64,000 bases of DNA from Opitutaceae bacterium (GCA_035415285.1 DAOOFR010000001.1:14732-78731), one strand, 5' to 3'; shown: positions 31,396 through 41,000, numbered from the stretch's first letter. The notes: a model not told the origin generated them from the sequence alone. Numbers and translations: made by a program.

Positions 31396-32808
31396 TCAGC
31401 CGACGGAGCCGGACATCTCCAGCTCGATGAGTTTGCGGATCTCCAGCGAGTACTGGAGGGGGAAACGCTGCACGAGGTCGTTGACGAAGCCGTTCACGCT
31501 CAGGCTGCGCGCGGTCTCCTCGGGCAGGCCGCGCTGGCGCATGTAGAAGATCTGCTCCTCGTCGAGCCGGGAGACGCTGGCCTCGTGCTGGGAGATGTTG
31601 CCGGTGCCGCGCACCTGGATCGCCGGATACGTGTCGGTGCGGCTGGCCTTGTCGAGCAGGAGGGCGTCGCATTCCGTGTGGTTGAAACAACCATGGACGG
31701 TGGTGGGCATGTCGACCCAACCGCGGTAGCCGGCGCGGCCGCTGCCCAGGCTCACGCTCTTCGAGGTGATCGTGCTGGAGGTGCGCGGCGCGCGGTGGAG
31801 CATCTTCGCCCCGGAGTCGTGGTGCTGGCCGCTGCGGGCGACCGAGATCGACACCGCCTCGGCGGAGGCGCCCTCGCCTTCGAGCAGCGCGCACGGGTAC
31901 TTCATCGTGAGCCGGCCGCCGACGTTGCAGTCGATCCACTGCACGGAGGCGCCGGCGGCGAGCCGGGCGCGCAGCAGCGCCAGATTGAAGACGTCGGGCT
32001 TCCAGTTCTGGAGCGCCACGTAGTTGAGCTTCGCATTCCGCCCGAGCACGAACTCGCCCACCGAGCAGTGCAGCGACGCCCCGGGCCGCGAGGCGGAGGT
32101 GCAGCTCTCGAAGAAGGTCACCTCCGCGCCCTCGCCGGCGACGATGAGCGTGCGGCCGAACTGGCTGCTGCCGCCGCCCTGCAGGTGCATGAAGCACTTC
32201 AGCGGCGCGGTGAGCTTCACCCCCGGCGGCACGTACACGAAGGAACCGCCGGAGAACACCGCGGCATTGAGGCGGGTGAAGGCGTTCTCGTCACGCCCGA
32301 TGACCGAGCCGAAGTGCGGCCGGAAAAGCTCGCCGTATTCGGTGAGTCCGCGCGTGGAGTCGACGAAGACCACGCCGGCCCGCGCCCACTCCTCGTGGAG
32401 CGAACCGTGCACGACCTCGCCGTCGATCTGCGCCTGCGCGCCGCCGAGAAACTCGTTCTCCTCACGCGTCACGCCGAGGGCGTCGAGCGCGGCGCCGGTG
32501 GCGTCGGCGCGGCCCGGGCCACTCCGGCGGGCCTTGGCCGGGGCGCGGTAGTAGTGGAGGGCGTCCCACGGCAGCTCCGCCAGCGCGGTGGGGGCCCAGA
32601 CGGGCGTGCGCTCGACGGCCTGGAAGGCGCGCAGCGCCTCCAAGCGCTGCGCGCGGATCCATGATGGCTCACCCTTGCAGTCGGAAAGGTACTCGATGGT
32701 GCGCTCGCGCAGGCCGGCACCGGCGTCGCGCTCGTCGGACAGGAGCGCCACGGGGGCGCCACTGGCGATCTCCGGGATCTCCTCGGCCGCGGTTGACGTA
32801 TCGCTCAT
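31396..32808 (-). CDS. sufB: Fe-S cluster assembly scaffold SufB
   Basis: FVYVPPGVKLTAPL..., HTECDALLLD, EASVSRLDEEQIFYMRQRGL and the terminal ELEMSGSVG are SufB hallmarks. The start ATG (32808) overlaps the stop of the upstream COG0523 gene. Confidence 0.9.
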   Translation of the reverse strand: MSDTSTAAEEIPEIASGAPVALLSDERDAGAGLRERTIEYLSDCKGEPSWIRAQRLEALRAFQAVERTPVWAPTALAELPWDALHYYRAPAKARRSGPGRADATGAALDALGVTREENEFLGGAQAQIDGEVVHGSLHEEWARAGVVFVDSTRGLTEYGELFRPHFGSVIGRDENAFTRLNAAVFSGGSFVYVPPGVKLTAPLKCFMHLQGGGSSQFGRTLIVAGEGAEVTFFESCTSASRPGASLHCSVGEFVLGRNAKLNYVALQNWKPDVFNLALLRARLAAGASVQWIDCNVGGRLTMKYPCALLEGEGASAEAVSISVARSGQHHDSGAKMLHRAPRTSSTITSKSVSLGSGRAGYRGWVDMPTTVHGCFNHTECDALLLDKASRTDTYPAIQVRGTGNISQHEASVSRLDEEQIFYMRQRGLPEETARSLSVNGFVNDLVQRFPLQYSLEIRKLIELEMSGSVG

Positions 32809-33821
32809 GAGCGCACCTCCTCGGCGCGACAGGCGACCAGACCGTCCTCGATGACGACCCGGTCGAGGTCGCACCCGATGAAGACCATACGCGATTCGCG
32901 CGGCTGGTCGCCCCACTTGCGGCCGAGACCGGCCTGGAAACGGCCGTGCACTCCGTGGAAGACCAGGCGTTCGTCGACTCCGGCGAGCGCCACCACGCCC
33001 TTCGCGCGGTAGAGCACCGTGGCGTGTTCCTCGATGAATCCCTCCAGCCAGGTGCGGAAGCGCGAGAAGTCATACGCGGCGTCGGTGCGCACGGCGACCG
33101 TCTCGATCTCATGCTCGTGGCGATGCTCCGCCGCGGGCGTCTTGCGCTCGGCCGGCGTGGTACCATGCGCGCAGCCCGTCACACCCTGCTCCACGCGTGC
33201 GAGATCGAAGCCGCCGAGGTCGAACAGTTCCGCCACGGGCGCCTGCGCGTTTTGCACGGTGTAGAGGCGGGCGGCGCCGTTGATGCGCCGGAGCCGCTCG
33301 GTGAGCTCCGCCAATACGGCCGGGCCGACCAGATCGCATTTGTTGACCACCAACGCGTCGGCGTAGGCGACCTGTTCGCGGGCGTGGCCGTCGCCGCCCT
33401 CATGCGCGGTGAAGTGTTCGGCGTCGACGACCGTCACGATGCCGTCGAGACGGAAGGACCGCTTCAGCACCGGATCGGCGAGGAAGGCGTGCGCCAGCAT
33501 GCCCGGATGGGCGACGCCGGTGGTCTCGATCACGAGCCGGTCGAACTCGCCGGTCGCCGCGGCGATGGAGCGCATCTGTTCGATGAACTCCGTGCGCGCC
33601 TCGCAGCAGGTGCGGCCCAGCACGGTGTCGAGCCGTGCGGCCCGGCTATCGGCGAGCAGCGTGTCGTCGACCGGCACGCCGCCGAGCTCGTTCTCAAGCA
33701 CCGCGATGCGGGCCCCGTCGGGCGCACCGTGGAGCAGGCGGTTGAGCAGCGTGGTCTTCCCCGCTCCGAGAAACCCGGAGAGGATCGTGACCGGAAAAGG
33801 AGTGGGCGACGGGTGGGACAT
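32805..33821 (-). CDS. COG0523 (CobW/YjiA/ZigA-type) metallochaperone GTPase
   Basis: Walker A SGFLGAGKTTLLNRLL, a metal-binding Cys motif GRTCCE and a C-terminal CobW_C-like region. The preferred start is ATG 33821, because the track start 33845 lies inside the operator palindrome. Confidence 0.85.
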   Translation of the reverse strand: MSHPSPTPFPVTILSGFLGAGKTTLLNRLLHGAPDGARIAVLENELGGVPVDDTLLADSRAARLDTVLGRTCCEARTEFIEQMRSIAAATGEFDRLVIETTGVAHPGMLAHAFLADPVLKRSFRLDGIVTVVDAEHFTAHEGGDGHAREQVAYADALVVNKCDLVGPAVLAELTERLRRINGAARLYTVQNAQAPVAELFDLGGFDLARVEQGVTGCAHGTTPAERKTPAAEHRHEHEIETVAVRTDAAYDFSRFRTWLEGFIEEHATVLYRAKGVVALAGVDERLVFHGVHGRFQAGLGRKWGDQPRESRMVFIGCDLDRVVIEDGLVACRAEEVRS

Positions 33822-33832
33822 TGACGCCGAGC

Positions 33833-33861
33833 GATAAACGGGCATATGCCCATAACGTCAA
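33833..33861 (-). promoter_or_regulatory. Operator/promoter: minus strand TTGACG-TTATGGGCATATGCCCG-TTTATC
   Basis: Contains the perfect palindrome GGGCATATGCCC (33840-33851) and the shared 12-mer GTTATGGGCATA. The palindrome fills a 17-nt spacer between -35-like and -10-like hexamers facing the COG0523 gene, and it lies between divergent operons. Confidence 0.6.
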
Positions 33862-33889
33862 CCCGAGATCCTCATCTGTCGCCACCGCC

Positions 33890-34393
33890 ATGCCTTCGCC
33901 TTCCCGCTCTCCCGGCTCGCTGCACCTGCGGGTGTTTCCGGCGGCGGTGTTGCGGCGGAAGTCAGAGGTATTCGACGACTTCGGCACCCCGGCGGAATCT
34001 CTCGCCACCGCGATGCTGTCCCTGATGCGCCGCAAACGTGGGATCGGACTGGCCGCCCCTCAGGTCGGCCTGTCAATCCGCCTGCTCGTCGCGGATATCG
34101 GCGAGGGGCCGGTGATCCTGGCCAACCCGGAGCTGGTGCCTTTGCCCGGAGGCGAGATCGCCGCGGAGGGGTGCCTGAGTCTGCCCGGGGTTTCCATCGA
34201 GGTGGAGCGGGCGCGTGCGGTCGAGGTCGCCGCGGTGGACCTCGCGGGCAAGCCGATCCGTTTCCTCGCCCGTGGCCTGCTCGCCCGGGTGCTCCAGCAT
34301 GAGACCGATCATCTCGACGGCATCCTGATCATCGACCGCACCCGCTCCACGGGCGTGGCCCCCGTACGCCGCGCGTCGCCGCCTTCCCTATGA
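33890..34393 (+). CDS. def: Peptide deformylase
   Basis: Three motifs: GIGLAAPQVG, EGCLSLPG and QHETDHLDG. Start moved to ATG 33890. Confidence 0.9.
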   Translation: MPSPSRSPGSLHLRVFPAAVLRRKSEVFDDFGTPAESLATAMLSLMRRKRGIGLAAPQVGLSIRLLVADIGEGPVILANPELVPLPGGEIAAEGCLSLPGVSIEVERARAVEVAAVDLAGKPIRFLARGLLARVLQHETDHLDGILIIDRTRSTGVAPVRRASPPSL

Positions 34394-35259
34394 ACCATGT
34401 CCCCACCCAGTCGCCGGAGTGTTCCGGTCCGCAATCGCAGCCCCACGCCGGCGCCCAACCGGCCGAGGACCACGTGTTGAGCGAGCGGATGCAGCGGATC
34501 GGCCGCCGCCTCTTCGTACTCTCGGGCAAAGGCGGGGTCGGCAAAAGCACCGTGGCCGTCAACCTCGCGGTCGCGCTGGCCCGGCGGGGCCGGCGTGTCG
34601 GGTTGCTCGACGTGGATGTGCACGGGCCGAGCATCCCCACGCTTCTGGGCCTGGCCGGGCGGCGCATGCTCGGCCGGGGCGAGACGCTGTTGCCCCTGGA
34701 GGCGATGGCGGGGCTCAAGGTGGTCTCGCTCGGGCTGCTGACCGACAGCCCGTCCGACGCCGTCGTCTGGCGCGGTCCGCGCAAGAACAGCGCGATCCGC
34801 CAGCTGTTGCGCGATGTCGACTGGGGCGACCTGGACGAACTCGTGGTGGATTGTCCGCCCGGCACCGGCGACGAGCCGCTGGGCGTGGTGCAACTGTCCG
34901 GCAGGCCCGGGCTCGCCGTGGTGGTGACAACACCACAGGAGGTCGCGGTGGCCGACGTGCGCCGCTGCCTCACCTTCTGCCGGCTGCTCGACCTGCCGAT
35001 CGCCGGCATCGTCGAGAACATGAGCGGCATGGTGTGCCCCCATTGCGGCCAAACCTTCGCCCTCTTCGGCGAAGGCGGTGGCGAGCGGCTCGCGCGCGAG
35101 GCCGGCGTGCCGCTGCTCGGTCGGATCCCCCTCGATCCGGCGATCGGGAAGGGCGGGGATGCCGGCCTGCCGTTCGCCAGCCAGGAGGGCGATTCCCCCA
35201 CCCACACCGCCTTCAAGGTGGTGCTGGATGCGCTCCTTTCCGTCCCGGCTTCGGCATGA
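34390..35259 (+). CDS. mrp: Mrp/NBP35/ApbC-type Fe-S cluster carrier ATPase
   Basis: SGKGGVGKSTVAVNLA, the DVDVHGPSIP and CPHCG motifs. The start overlaps the def stop (ATGA). Confidence 0.9.
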   Translation: MNHVPTQSPECSGPQSQPHAGAQPAEDHVLSERMQRIGRRLFVLSGKGGVGKSTVAVNLAVALARRGRRVGLLDVDVHGPSIPTLLGLAGRRMLGRGETLLPLEAMAGLKVVSLGLLTDSPSDAVVWRGPRKNSAIRQLLRDVDWGDLDELVVDCPPGTGDEPLGVVQLSGRPGLAVVVTTPQEVAVADVRRCLTFCRLLDLPIAGIVENMSGMVCPHCGQTFALFGEGGGERLAREAGVPLLGRIPLDPAIGKGGDAGLPFASQEGDSPTHTAFKVVLDALLSVPASA

Positions 35260-36434
35260 GCATCGCACAGACCGTCGCACAACAGATCCGGGAGTCGTCC
35301 TGGATCCGGCGCATGTTCGAGGAGGGGATCCGCCTTCGCGCGGAGCGCGGCGCCGAGAATGTCTTCGACTACAGCCTCGGCAACCCCGACCCGGAGCCGC
35401 CGGTCGCCGTCATGGCGGCGGCGAAGGCGCTCGTGCTGGAGAACAGGCCACGCAGCCACGCCTACATGCCCAACGCGGGATTCCCGGAGGTGCGGGCCGT
35501 TCTCGCGGCCCGGCTCGCCCAGGCCACCGGTCTGCCGTATTCGGCGGATCATGTGCTCATGACCGTGGGGGCGGCGGGCGCGCTGAACACCCTCCTCAAG
35601 GCCGTGCTCGACCCCGGCGACGAGGTCATCGTGCTAGCTCCCTTCTTCCCCGAATACCGGTTCTACATCGAGAACCACGGCGGGCGCATGGTGCTGGTGG
35701 AGACGAGGGAGGACTTCACGCTGGATCTGGATCGCATCGCGGCGGCGCTGGGCCCGCGCACCAAGGCCGTGCTGCTGAACTCCCCCAACAACCCCACCGG
35801 CGCGATCTATGCCGAGGGCCCGTTGCGCGCGCTGGCGGCGCTGCTGGCGCGGCAGGCCCCCGCGGCGCTGGTCATCAGCGACGAACCGTACAAGGCCATC
35901 CTCTACGACGGGAACGCGCAGCCCGAGCTCGCGCCGCTCATGCCGCGCACCGTGATCGCCAGCTCCTGGTCGAAACAGTGGGCGGTGCCCGGCGAGCGTA
36001 TCGGGTATCTGGCAATCTCGCCCACGATCGCGGAGGCAGGCGCCCTGGCGGCCGCCTGCACCTTCGCCCACCGGACCCTCGGCTTCGTGAACGCCCCGGC
36101 GCTCTGGCAACTGGTCGTCGCGCAGGTCCCCGACGCCTGCGTGGACGTGGCGCTCTACCAACAGAAGCTGGATCTGCTCTGCTCCGCCCTGCGGCGCATC
36201 GGCTATGAGTTCACGCGGCCCAAGGGCGCCTTCTACGTCTTTCCGCGGACTCCGCTGGCCGACGATGTGGTGTTCATCCAACTGCTCCGGGCCGAGGGAA
36301 TCCTGGCGGTCCCCGGCAGCGGGTTCGGGCGAGCCGGGCACATGCGCCTCTCGCTGACGCTGCCCTTCGGCGCGATCGAACGCTCGCTGACAGGCTTCGC
36401 GAATGCGTACCGGATCGCGAAGCAGCGCGCCTGA
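35256..36434 (+). CDS. PLP-dependent class I/II aminotransferase
   Basis: NSPNNPTGAIY, a SWSKQWAVPGERIGY lysine motif and GSGFGRAGHMRLS. The start overlaps the mrp stop (ATGA). Confidence 0.9.
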   Translation: MSIAQTVAQQIRESSWIRRMFEEGIRLRAERGAENVFDYSLGNPDPEPPVAVMAAAKALVLENRPRSHAYMPNAGFPEVRAVLAARLAQATGLPYSADHVLMTVGAAGALNTLLKAVLDPGDEVIVLAPFFPEYRFYIENHGGRMVLVETREDFTLDLDRIAAALGPRTKAVLLNSPNNPTGAIYAEGPLRALAALLARQAPAALVISDEPYKAILYDGNAQPELAPLMPRTVIASSWSKQWAVPGERIGYLAISPTIAEAGALAAACTFAHRTLGFVNAPALWQLVVAQVPDACVDVALYQQKLDLLCSALRRIGYEFTRPKGAFYVFPRTPLADDVVFIQLLRAEGILAVPGSGFGRAGHMRLSLTLPFGAIERSLTGFANAYRIAKQRA

Positions 36435-36482
36435 AGCCGCCACGAGCCCGCCCAGCCGTTTCACCCACCACACCTCGCCACC

Positions 36483-37469
36483 ATGAGCACCCGCCCCGCC
36501 TCGCCCCAGTATGTCTTCGGTCCGGTTCCCTCGCGCCGGCTCGGGCGTTCGCTCGGGGTCGACACCGTGCCGGCGAAGACCTGCAACTGGAACTGCGTGT
36601 ATTGCCAGCTCGGGCGCACCCATCCGCTCACCAACACGCGCAAGACCCACGTGCCGGCCGAGGTCATTCTCGCCGAGGTGGAGGCGCGCCTGGCGCAACT
36701 GCCCCCGGCCTCGCTCGATTGGATCACCCTCGTCAGCTCGGGCGAGGGGACCCTGTACCGGGACTTCGGAGCCGTGCTGCACGGGATCAAGCGGCTGACC
36801 GCCATCCCGGTCGCCGTCATCACCAACGGCTCGCTGCTCCACCTCCCCGAACTCCGCGAGGAGCTGCGTGCGGCCGACGCCGTGCTGCCCACGCTCGACG
36901 CCGGCAACGAGGCGTTGTTCCGCCGGCTGAACCGGCCGCATCGTCAGCTCACCTTCGCCCAGCATGTCGCCGGTATCGAGGCCTTCGCGCGGCTGAAACG
37001 GCGCGGCAAGCTCTGGATCGAGGTCATGCTCGTGGCCGGGCTCAACGACACCGAGCCGGCGCTGCGCGAACTGGCCGCGCTCCTCGCCCACATCCGCCCC
37101 GATGCGATCCACCTCACGCTGCCGTCCCGCTGCCCGGTCGAGCCGTGGGTGCGCGCACCGGATGCGGCAGGCCTGGCCCGCGCCCAGGCCATTCTCGGCG
37201 AGAAGGCGTCCATCGCACCGCCTCCAGTCGCCAAACACGCGACCGGCACCAAGGCCGGGGAGCCGCTCATCGCCTCGGTCGCCCTGCGCCATCCGCTGCG
37301 GATGGCGGACGTCGAGCGACTGCTCCCCAGTTGGTCGCACGCGCGGATCGAGGCCCACGTGGCCCAGTTGCTCGTCCACGGAACCATCCGCGTCATTGAG
37401 CGCGGCGGCGAACGCTTCTTCGTGCGCTCCGAACTGCGCTACCCCGGACCAAGGCCGGACTCCGACTGA
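36483..37469 (+). CDS. Radical SAM protein (COG0731-like)
   Basis: GPVPSRRLGRSLGVDTVPAKTCNWNCVYCQLG carries the CxxxCxxC cluster motif. SGEGTL is a glycine-rich SAM motif. Confidence 0.85.
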   Translation: MSTRPASPQYVFGPVPSRRLGRSLGVDTVPAKTCNWNCVYCQLGRTHPLTNTRKTHVPAEVILAEVEARLAQLPPASLDWITLVSSGEGTLYRDFGAVLHGIKRLTAIPVAVITNGSLLHLPELREELRAADAVLPTLDAGNEALFRRLNRPHRQLTFAQHVAGIEAFARLKRRGKLWIEVMLVAGLNDTEPALRELAALLAHIRPDAIHLTLPSRCPVEPWVRAPDAAGLARAQAILGEKASIAPPPVAKHATGTKAGEPLIASVALRHPLRMADVERLLPSWSHARIEAHVAQLLVHGTIRVIERGGERFFVRSELRYPGPRPDSD

Positions 37470-37544
37470 CGGCGCGGCCCGCTCCAGTTCGTTCCCGCTG
37501 TTTCGCAACGCGGCCCCCGTCCGCTTCAACCGTTTTTCCCCACC

Positions 37545-38516
37545 ATGCCCACCCTCAACGAACTCACGGAGCGCGAAATCCTCGCGCTCGCCATCACCAG
37601 CGAGGAGGAGGACTCCCGCATCTACGACACGTTCGCGGACCAATGCCGCGAGAATTTCCCCGCGTCCACGCAACTCTTCGCGGCGATGGCGGCCGAGGAA
37701 CGCGGCCATCGCGACAGCCTCTACGCGCTCTACCGGGAGCGGTTCGGCGAGACGCTGCCGGCGATCCGGCGCGAGGACGTGCGCGGTTTCCTGAAGCGCA
37801 AACCGGTCTGGCTCACCAAGCATCTGCCGCTGGAGCGCATGCGGCAGGAGGTGGCGGTCATGGAGTTGGAGACGACGCGCTTCTACGAACGCGCCGCCGC
37901 GCAGGCCACCGACCTCGGCGTCCGGCAGCTCTTCACCCATCTGGCCGAGGCCGAGCGGGGGCATGAGAAGATGGCGGCCCGGATCGAAGAGAAGCAGCTC
38001 GGGGCGAAGGAACGCGATGAGGAGAAGATGGCGCAGCATCGGCTCTTCGTCCTTCAGTATGTGCAGCCTGGACTCACGGGGCTGATCGACGGCTCGGTCT
38101 CCACGCTCGCCCCGCTCTTTGCCGCCGCCTTCGCCACCCATAGCAACAAGGACACCTTCCTTGTCGGCCTCGCCGCCTCGCTCGGCGCCGGCATCAGCAT
38201 GGGCATCTCCGAGGCCATGTCCGACGACGGCATCATCTCCGGCCGCGGCTCGCCGTGGCTGCGCGGCGTCGTCTGCGGGTTGATGACGGCCGTGGGCGGG
38301 CTCGGGCACACGATCCCGTACCTCGTGCCCGACAGTTGGGCCAACGCCTTCTGGGTCGCCACGATCCTGGCCGGCATCGTCGTGGCGATCGAGCTGGTGG
38401 CGATCGCCTGGGTCCGCACCCGCTACATGGAGACGCCGTTCTTCCGCTCGGTGATGCAGGTCATCGTCGGCGGCGCCCTGGTCCTTGCCGCCGGCGCCAT
38501 CATCGGCTCATCCTGA
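37545..38516 (+). CDS. Ferritin-like (erythrin) domain fused to a VIT1/CCC1 iron/manganese transporter (MbfA-like)
   Basis: The N-terminus has E..H pairs (AAEERGHRDS, AEAERGHEKM). The C-terminus has VIT1 motifs GLIDGSVSTLAPLFA and GISMGISEAMSDD plus TM helices. Confidence 0.85.
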   Translation: MPTLNELTEREILALAITSEEEDSRIYDTFADQCRENFPASTQLFAAMAAEERGHRDSLYALYRERFGETLPAIRREDVRGFLKRKPVWLTKHLPLERMRQEVAVMELETTRFYERAAAQATDLGVRQLFTHLAEAERGHEKMAARIEEKQLGAKERDEEKMAQHRLFVLQYVQPGLTGLIDGSVSTLAPLFAAAFATHSNKDTFLVGLAASLGAGISMGISEAMSDDGIISGRGSPWLRGVVCGLMTAVGGLGHTIPYLVPDSWANAFWVATILAGIVVAIELVAIAWVRTRYMETPFFRSVMQVIVGGALVLAAGAIIGSS

Positions 38517-38533
38517 ATCTCCGCGCTCTTCCC

Positions 38534-39367
38534 ATGACCACTATCACCATCCTGGCCGAAAACACCGCCCGTGGCCTGGGCGTGCTGGGCGAGCACGGGC
38601 TCGCGTGGTGGATCGACACCGGCACCCACCGCGTGCTCTTCGATACCGGCCAGGGCCTCGTGCTCGAATCCAACGCCCGCCGGCTCGGCGCCGACCTCGC
38701 CACGGCCGACGCCATCGCACTCAGCCACGGCCACTACGATCACGTCGGCGGGTTGCCCGCGGCACTCGCCGCCGCGCCGCGGGCCACGCTCCATCTGCAC
38801 CCGCGCGCCACCGAGCCGAAGTTCACCGGTTCCGACGGCAAGCCCCGCGGTCGCCGCATCAGCACCGATTTCATGGAGACAGAGGCGTTCCGGACGGCCG
38901 GGCGACGCGTGGTCGTGTCGCGCGAGCCGCAGGAGATCGCGCCCGGCGTGTGGGCGACCGGCGAGATCCCGCGCACGAACGACTTCGAGGACGTGGGCGG
39001 GCCGTTCTTCCTCGACGAACAGCTCACGCGGCCGGACCCGATCCTCGATGACCAGACGGTCTTTTTCGCCGGCAAGGAGGGCACGATGGTCGTGCTCGGC
39101 TGCGCGCATGCCGGTGTGATCAATACGCTCGAGCACATCCGCACGCTCACGCACGGCGCGCCGCTGCACACGGTCGTGGGCGGCATGCACCTGCTCAACG
39201 CCGACGAACGCCGCCTCACCGAGACCTTCGCCGCCCTGCGCCGCCTCGGCGTGCAGCGCTTCGGGCCCAACCACTGCACCGGCTTCTACGCGACCACGCT
39301 GTTTTGGCGCGAGTTTCCGGGACATTGCTTCCCGTGCTCCGCCGGCTCCCGGCTGGAGTTCGAGTGA
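38534..39367 (+). CDS. MBL-fold metallo-hydrolase (COG1237-like)
   Basis: ALSHGHYDHVGG (HxHxDH motif) and CAHAGVINTLEH. Start at ATG 38534. Confidence 0.8.
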   Translation: MTTITILAENTARGLGVLGEHGLAWWIDTGTHRVLFDTGQGLVLESNARRLGADLATADAIALSHGHYDHVGGLPAALAAAPRATLHLHPRATEPKFTGSDGKPRGRRISTDFMETEAFRTAGRRVVVSREPQEIAPGVWATGEIPRTNDFEDVGGPFFLDEQLTRPDPILDDQTVFFAGKEGTMVVLGCAHAGVINTLEHIRTLTHGAPLHTVVGGMHLLNADERRLTETFAALRRLGVQRFGPNHCTGFYATTLFWREFPGHCFPCSAGSRLEFE

Positions 39368-39462
39368 GGGGCCGGCCTTCCCTCTGTGGCGGGCCGCGGC
39401 CCCTTCCCGATGGGCCCGCGTCGCCGCCCGCCCGCACCGTCTTCAATCGCCTCATTCCCATC

Positions 39463-40557
39463 GTGCAACGGACTTCCGACCTCAATGTCATCGAAGCGCT
39501 TCCGCTCCCTTCCCCGGCGGAGTTGATCGGCGCTCTTCCCAAAACCGAGAAGCAGGACTCCTGCATCGTTCGTTCGCGCGAGGCCATTCATCGTGTCCTC
39601 TTCGGCGAGGACCCGCGCCTGCTCATGGTTGTCGGTCCCTGTTCGATCCACGACCTCGAAGCCGGTCGTGAATACGGACGCCGGCTCGCCCCGCTCGCCC
39701 ACGAGCTCGGCGACCGACTGGTTGTCGCCATGCGGGTCTATTTCGAGAAGCCCCGGTCCAGCGTCGGGTGGAAGGGGCTGATTCTCGATCCCCGGCTCGA
39801 TGGCAGCAGCGACATCCAGCAGGGGCTCCGCCTCGCCCGGCAGTTTCTCGGGGAGATGCTCGATCTCGGGCTGCCCACCGCGACCGAGTTTCTCGATCCG
39901 ATCACGCCCCAGTACATCGCCGACCTCGTCTGCTGGGGGGCGATCGGCGCACGAACCACTGAATCCCAAACGCACCGACAACTGGCCTCGGGTCTTTCGA
40001 TGCCCGTCGGCTTCAAGAACAACACCGACGGTTCCATCCAGGCAGCCATCAATGCCATCAAGGCGGCGCGCCAACCCCAGACCTTTCTGGGCATCACCAC
40101 CGACGGCCTCGCCGCCGCCGTGCGCACCAGCGGCAATCGGGCCTGCCACATCGTCCTGCGCGGCGGCGCCGCGGGCCCCAACTACTTCGCCGCCGCCGTC
40201 GCCAACGCGGCCGGCCTGCTCGTGAACGCGGGGTTGCCCCCCGCGATCGTCGTCGACTGCAGCCATGACAACTCCGGCAAACAGCCCGAACGCCAGCCCG
40301 GGGTTGTGCACGATGTGCTCGCGCAGATCGCCGCCGGGGCCGCCATCAAAGGCGTGATGATCGAGAGCAATTTGTCCGCGGGCAGCCAGCCTTTCCCGCG
40401 GCCGAAGAGCGAACTGCGTTATGGCGTCTCGATCACCGACGGTTGCATCGACTGGCCCACGACCGAGCGGGTTCTCCGCGGCGCTCATGCCGCGCTGAAT
40501 CCCGCCGCACAAGCGTCAAGCTTGCCTGTGGGACCCGCTCCATTCGCGGGGCGTTGA
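39463..40557 (+). CDS. Class I 3-deoxy-7-phosphoheptulonate (DAHP) synthase; start uncertain
   Basis: LMVVGPCSIHD, YFEKPRSSVGWKGL, GARTTESQTHRQLASGLSMPVGFKN and DCSHDNS are class I-alpha DAHP synthase motifs. GTG 39463 gives a typical length, whereas the track start 39304 would overlap the MBL gene. Confidence 0.9.
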   Translation: MQRTSDLNVIEALPLPSPAELIGALPKTEKQDSCIVRSREAIHRVLFGEDPRLLMVVGPCSIHDLEAGREYGRRLAPLAHELGDRLVVAMRVYFEKPRSSVGWKGLILDPRLDGSSDIQQGLRLARQFLGEMLDLGLPTATEFLDPITPQYIADLVCWGAIGARTTESQTHRQLASGLSMPVGFKNNTDGSIQAAINAIKAARQPQTFLGITTDGLAAAVRTSGNRACHIVLRGGAAGPNYFAAAVANAAGLLVNAGLPPAIVVDCSHDNSGKQPERQPGVVHDVLAQIAAGAAIKGVMIESNLSAGSQPFPRPKSELRYGVSITDGCIDWPTTERVLRGAHAALNPAAQASSLPVGPAPFAGR

Positions 40558-40566
40558 TAGTTCAAT

Positions 40567-40730
40567 CTGAAAAACGCAGTTGGTCCCGACAGAAGGGAAC
40601 GAGGTGTGAATGGGTTGGAGAACACAATCCGGGGTCTCGGCCTTCACCTGGCAGGTGAACAGAAATCCGCCGGGTCTGTGCGCACTCATATCCTTGGGGC
40701 CGCAGTGCCTTTGTTTCCATCGTTACCTCT
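40567..40730 (+). repeat. Intergenic inverted-repeat element, copy 2
   Basis: Aligns with 9858-10032 (ctgaaaaacgcagttgg...aatccggggtctcggccttcacctggcaggtgaa...cctttgtttccatcgttacctct). It is followed by a block of CACGGAT x2 / ATCCGTG x3 inverted heptamers at 40757-40821. Confidence 0.7.
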
Positions 40731-41000
40731 CAAGGGACTCGATTCATCGGAAGGGACCACGGATTTCGCAGATGGGCACGGATGACCGGAGCCAATCCGT
40801 GATGATCCGTGCAATCCGTGGTCTAGGCTCGCCGCGGAGGAGGGAGCTGCCGGGGAGTTTCTTCCCGCCATCCCCCGGCCCCGCCGGGTCCTGGGCTTCT
40901 GTCGTATTCGGAAATAGGGCGCGAATACCGGCGATGTGTTCCCCTCGATAGTTCGCGGGGCGAGCGGCGCTCGACTTTCGACGCTCGACCGCCCTCCGCG

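Noticed and set aside
33843-33845. Track start codon (33845) for the COG0523 gene
   Set aside because: This ATG is the centre of the GGGCATATGCCC palindrome and lies upstream of the -10-like hexamer. The in-frame ATG at 33821 (MSHPSPTPFPVTILSGFLGAGKT) gives the normal distance to the Walker A motif. It is retained as an alternative only.
35634-38309. 891-aa minus-strand ORF
   Set aside because: It is antisense to the aminotransferase, radical SAM and MbfA-like genes, which all have strong motifs. Its composition is artefactual (R/G/A/E/D-rich) and no family is recognisable.
40895-40935. Hairpin cgtattcg-gaaatagggcg-cgaatacc as a terminator of the alkaline phosphatase gene
   Set aside because: The 7-bp stem has no following U-tract on the relevant strand, so it is too weak to call.
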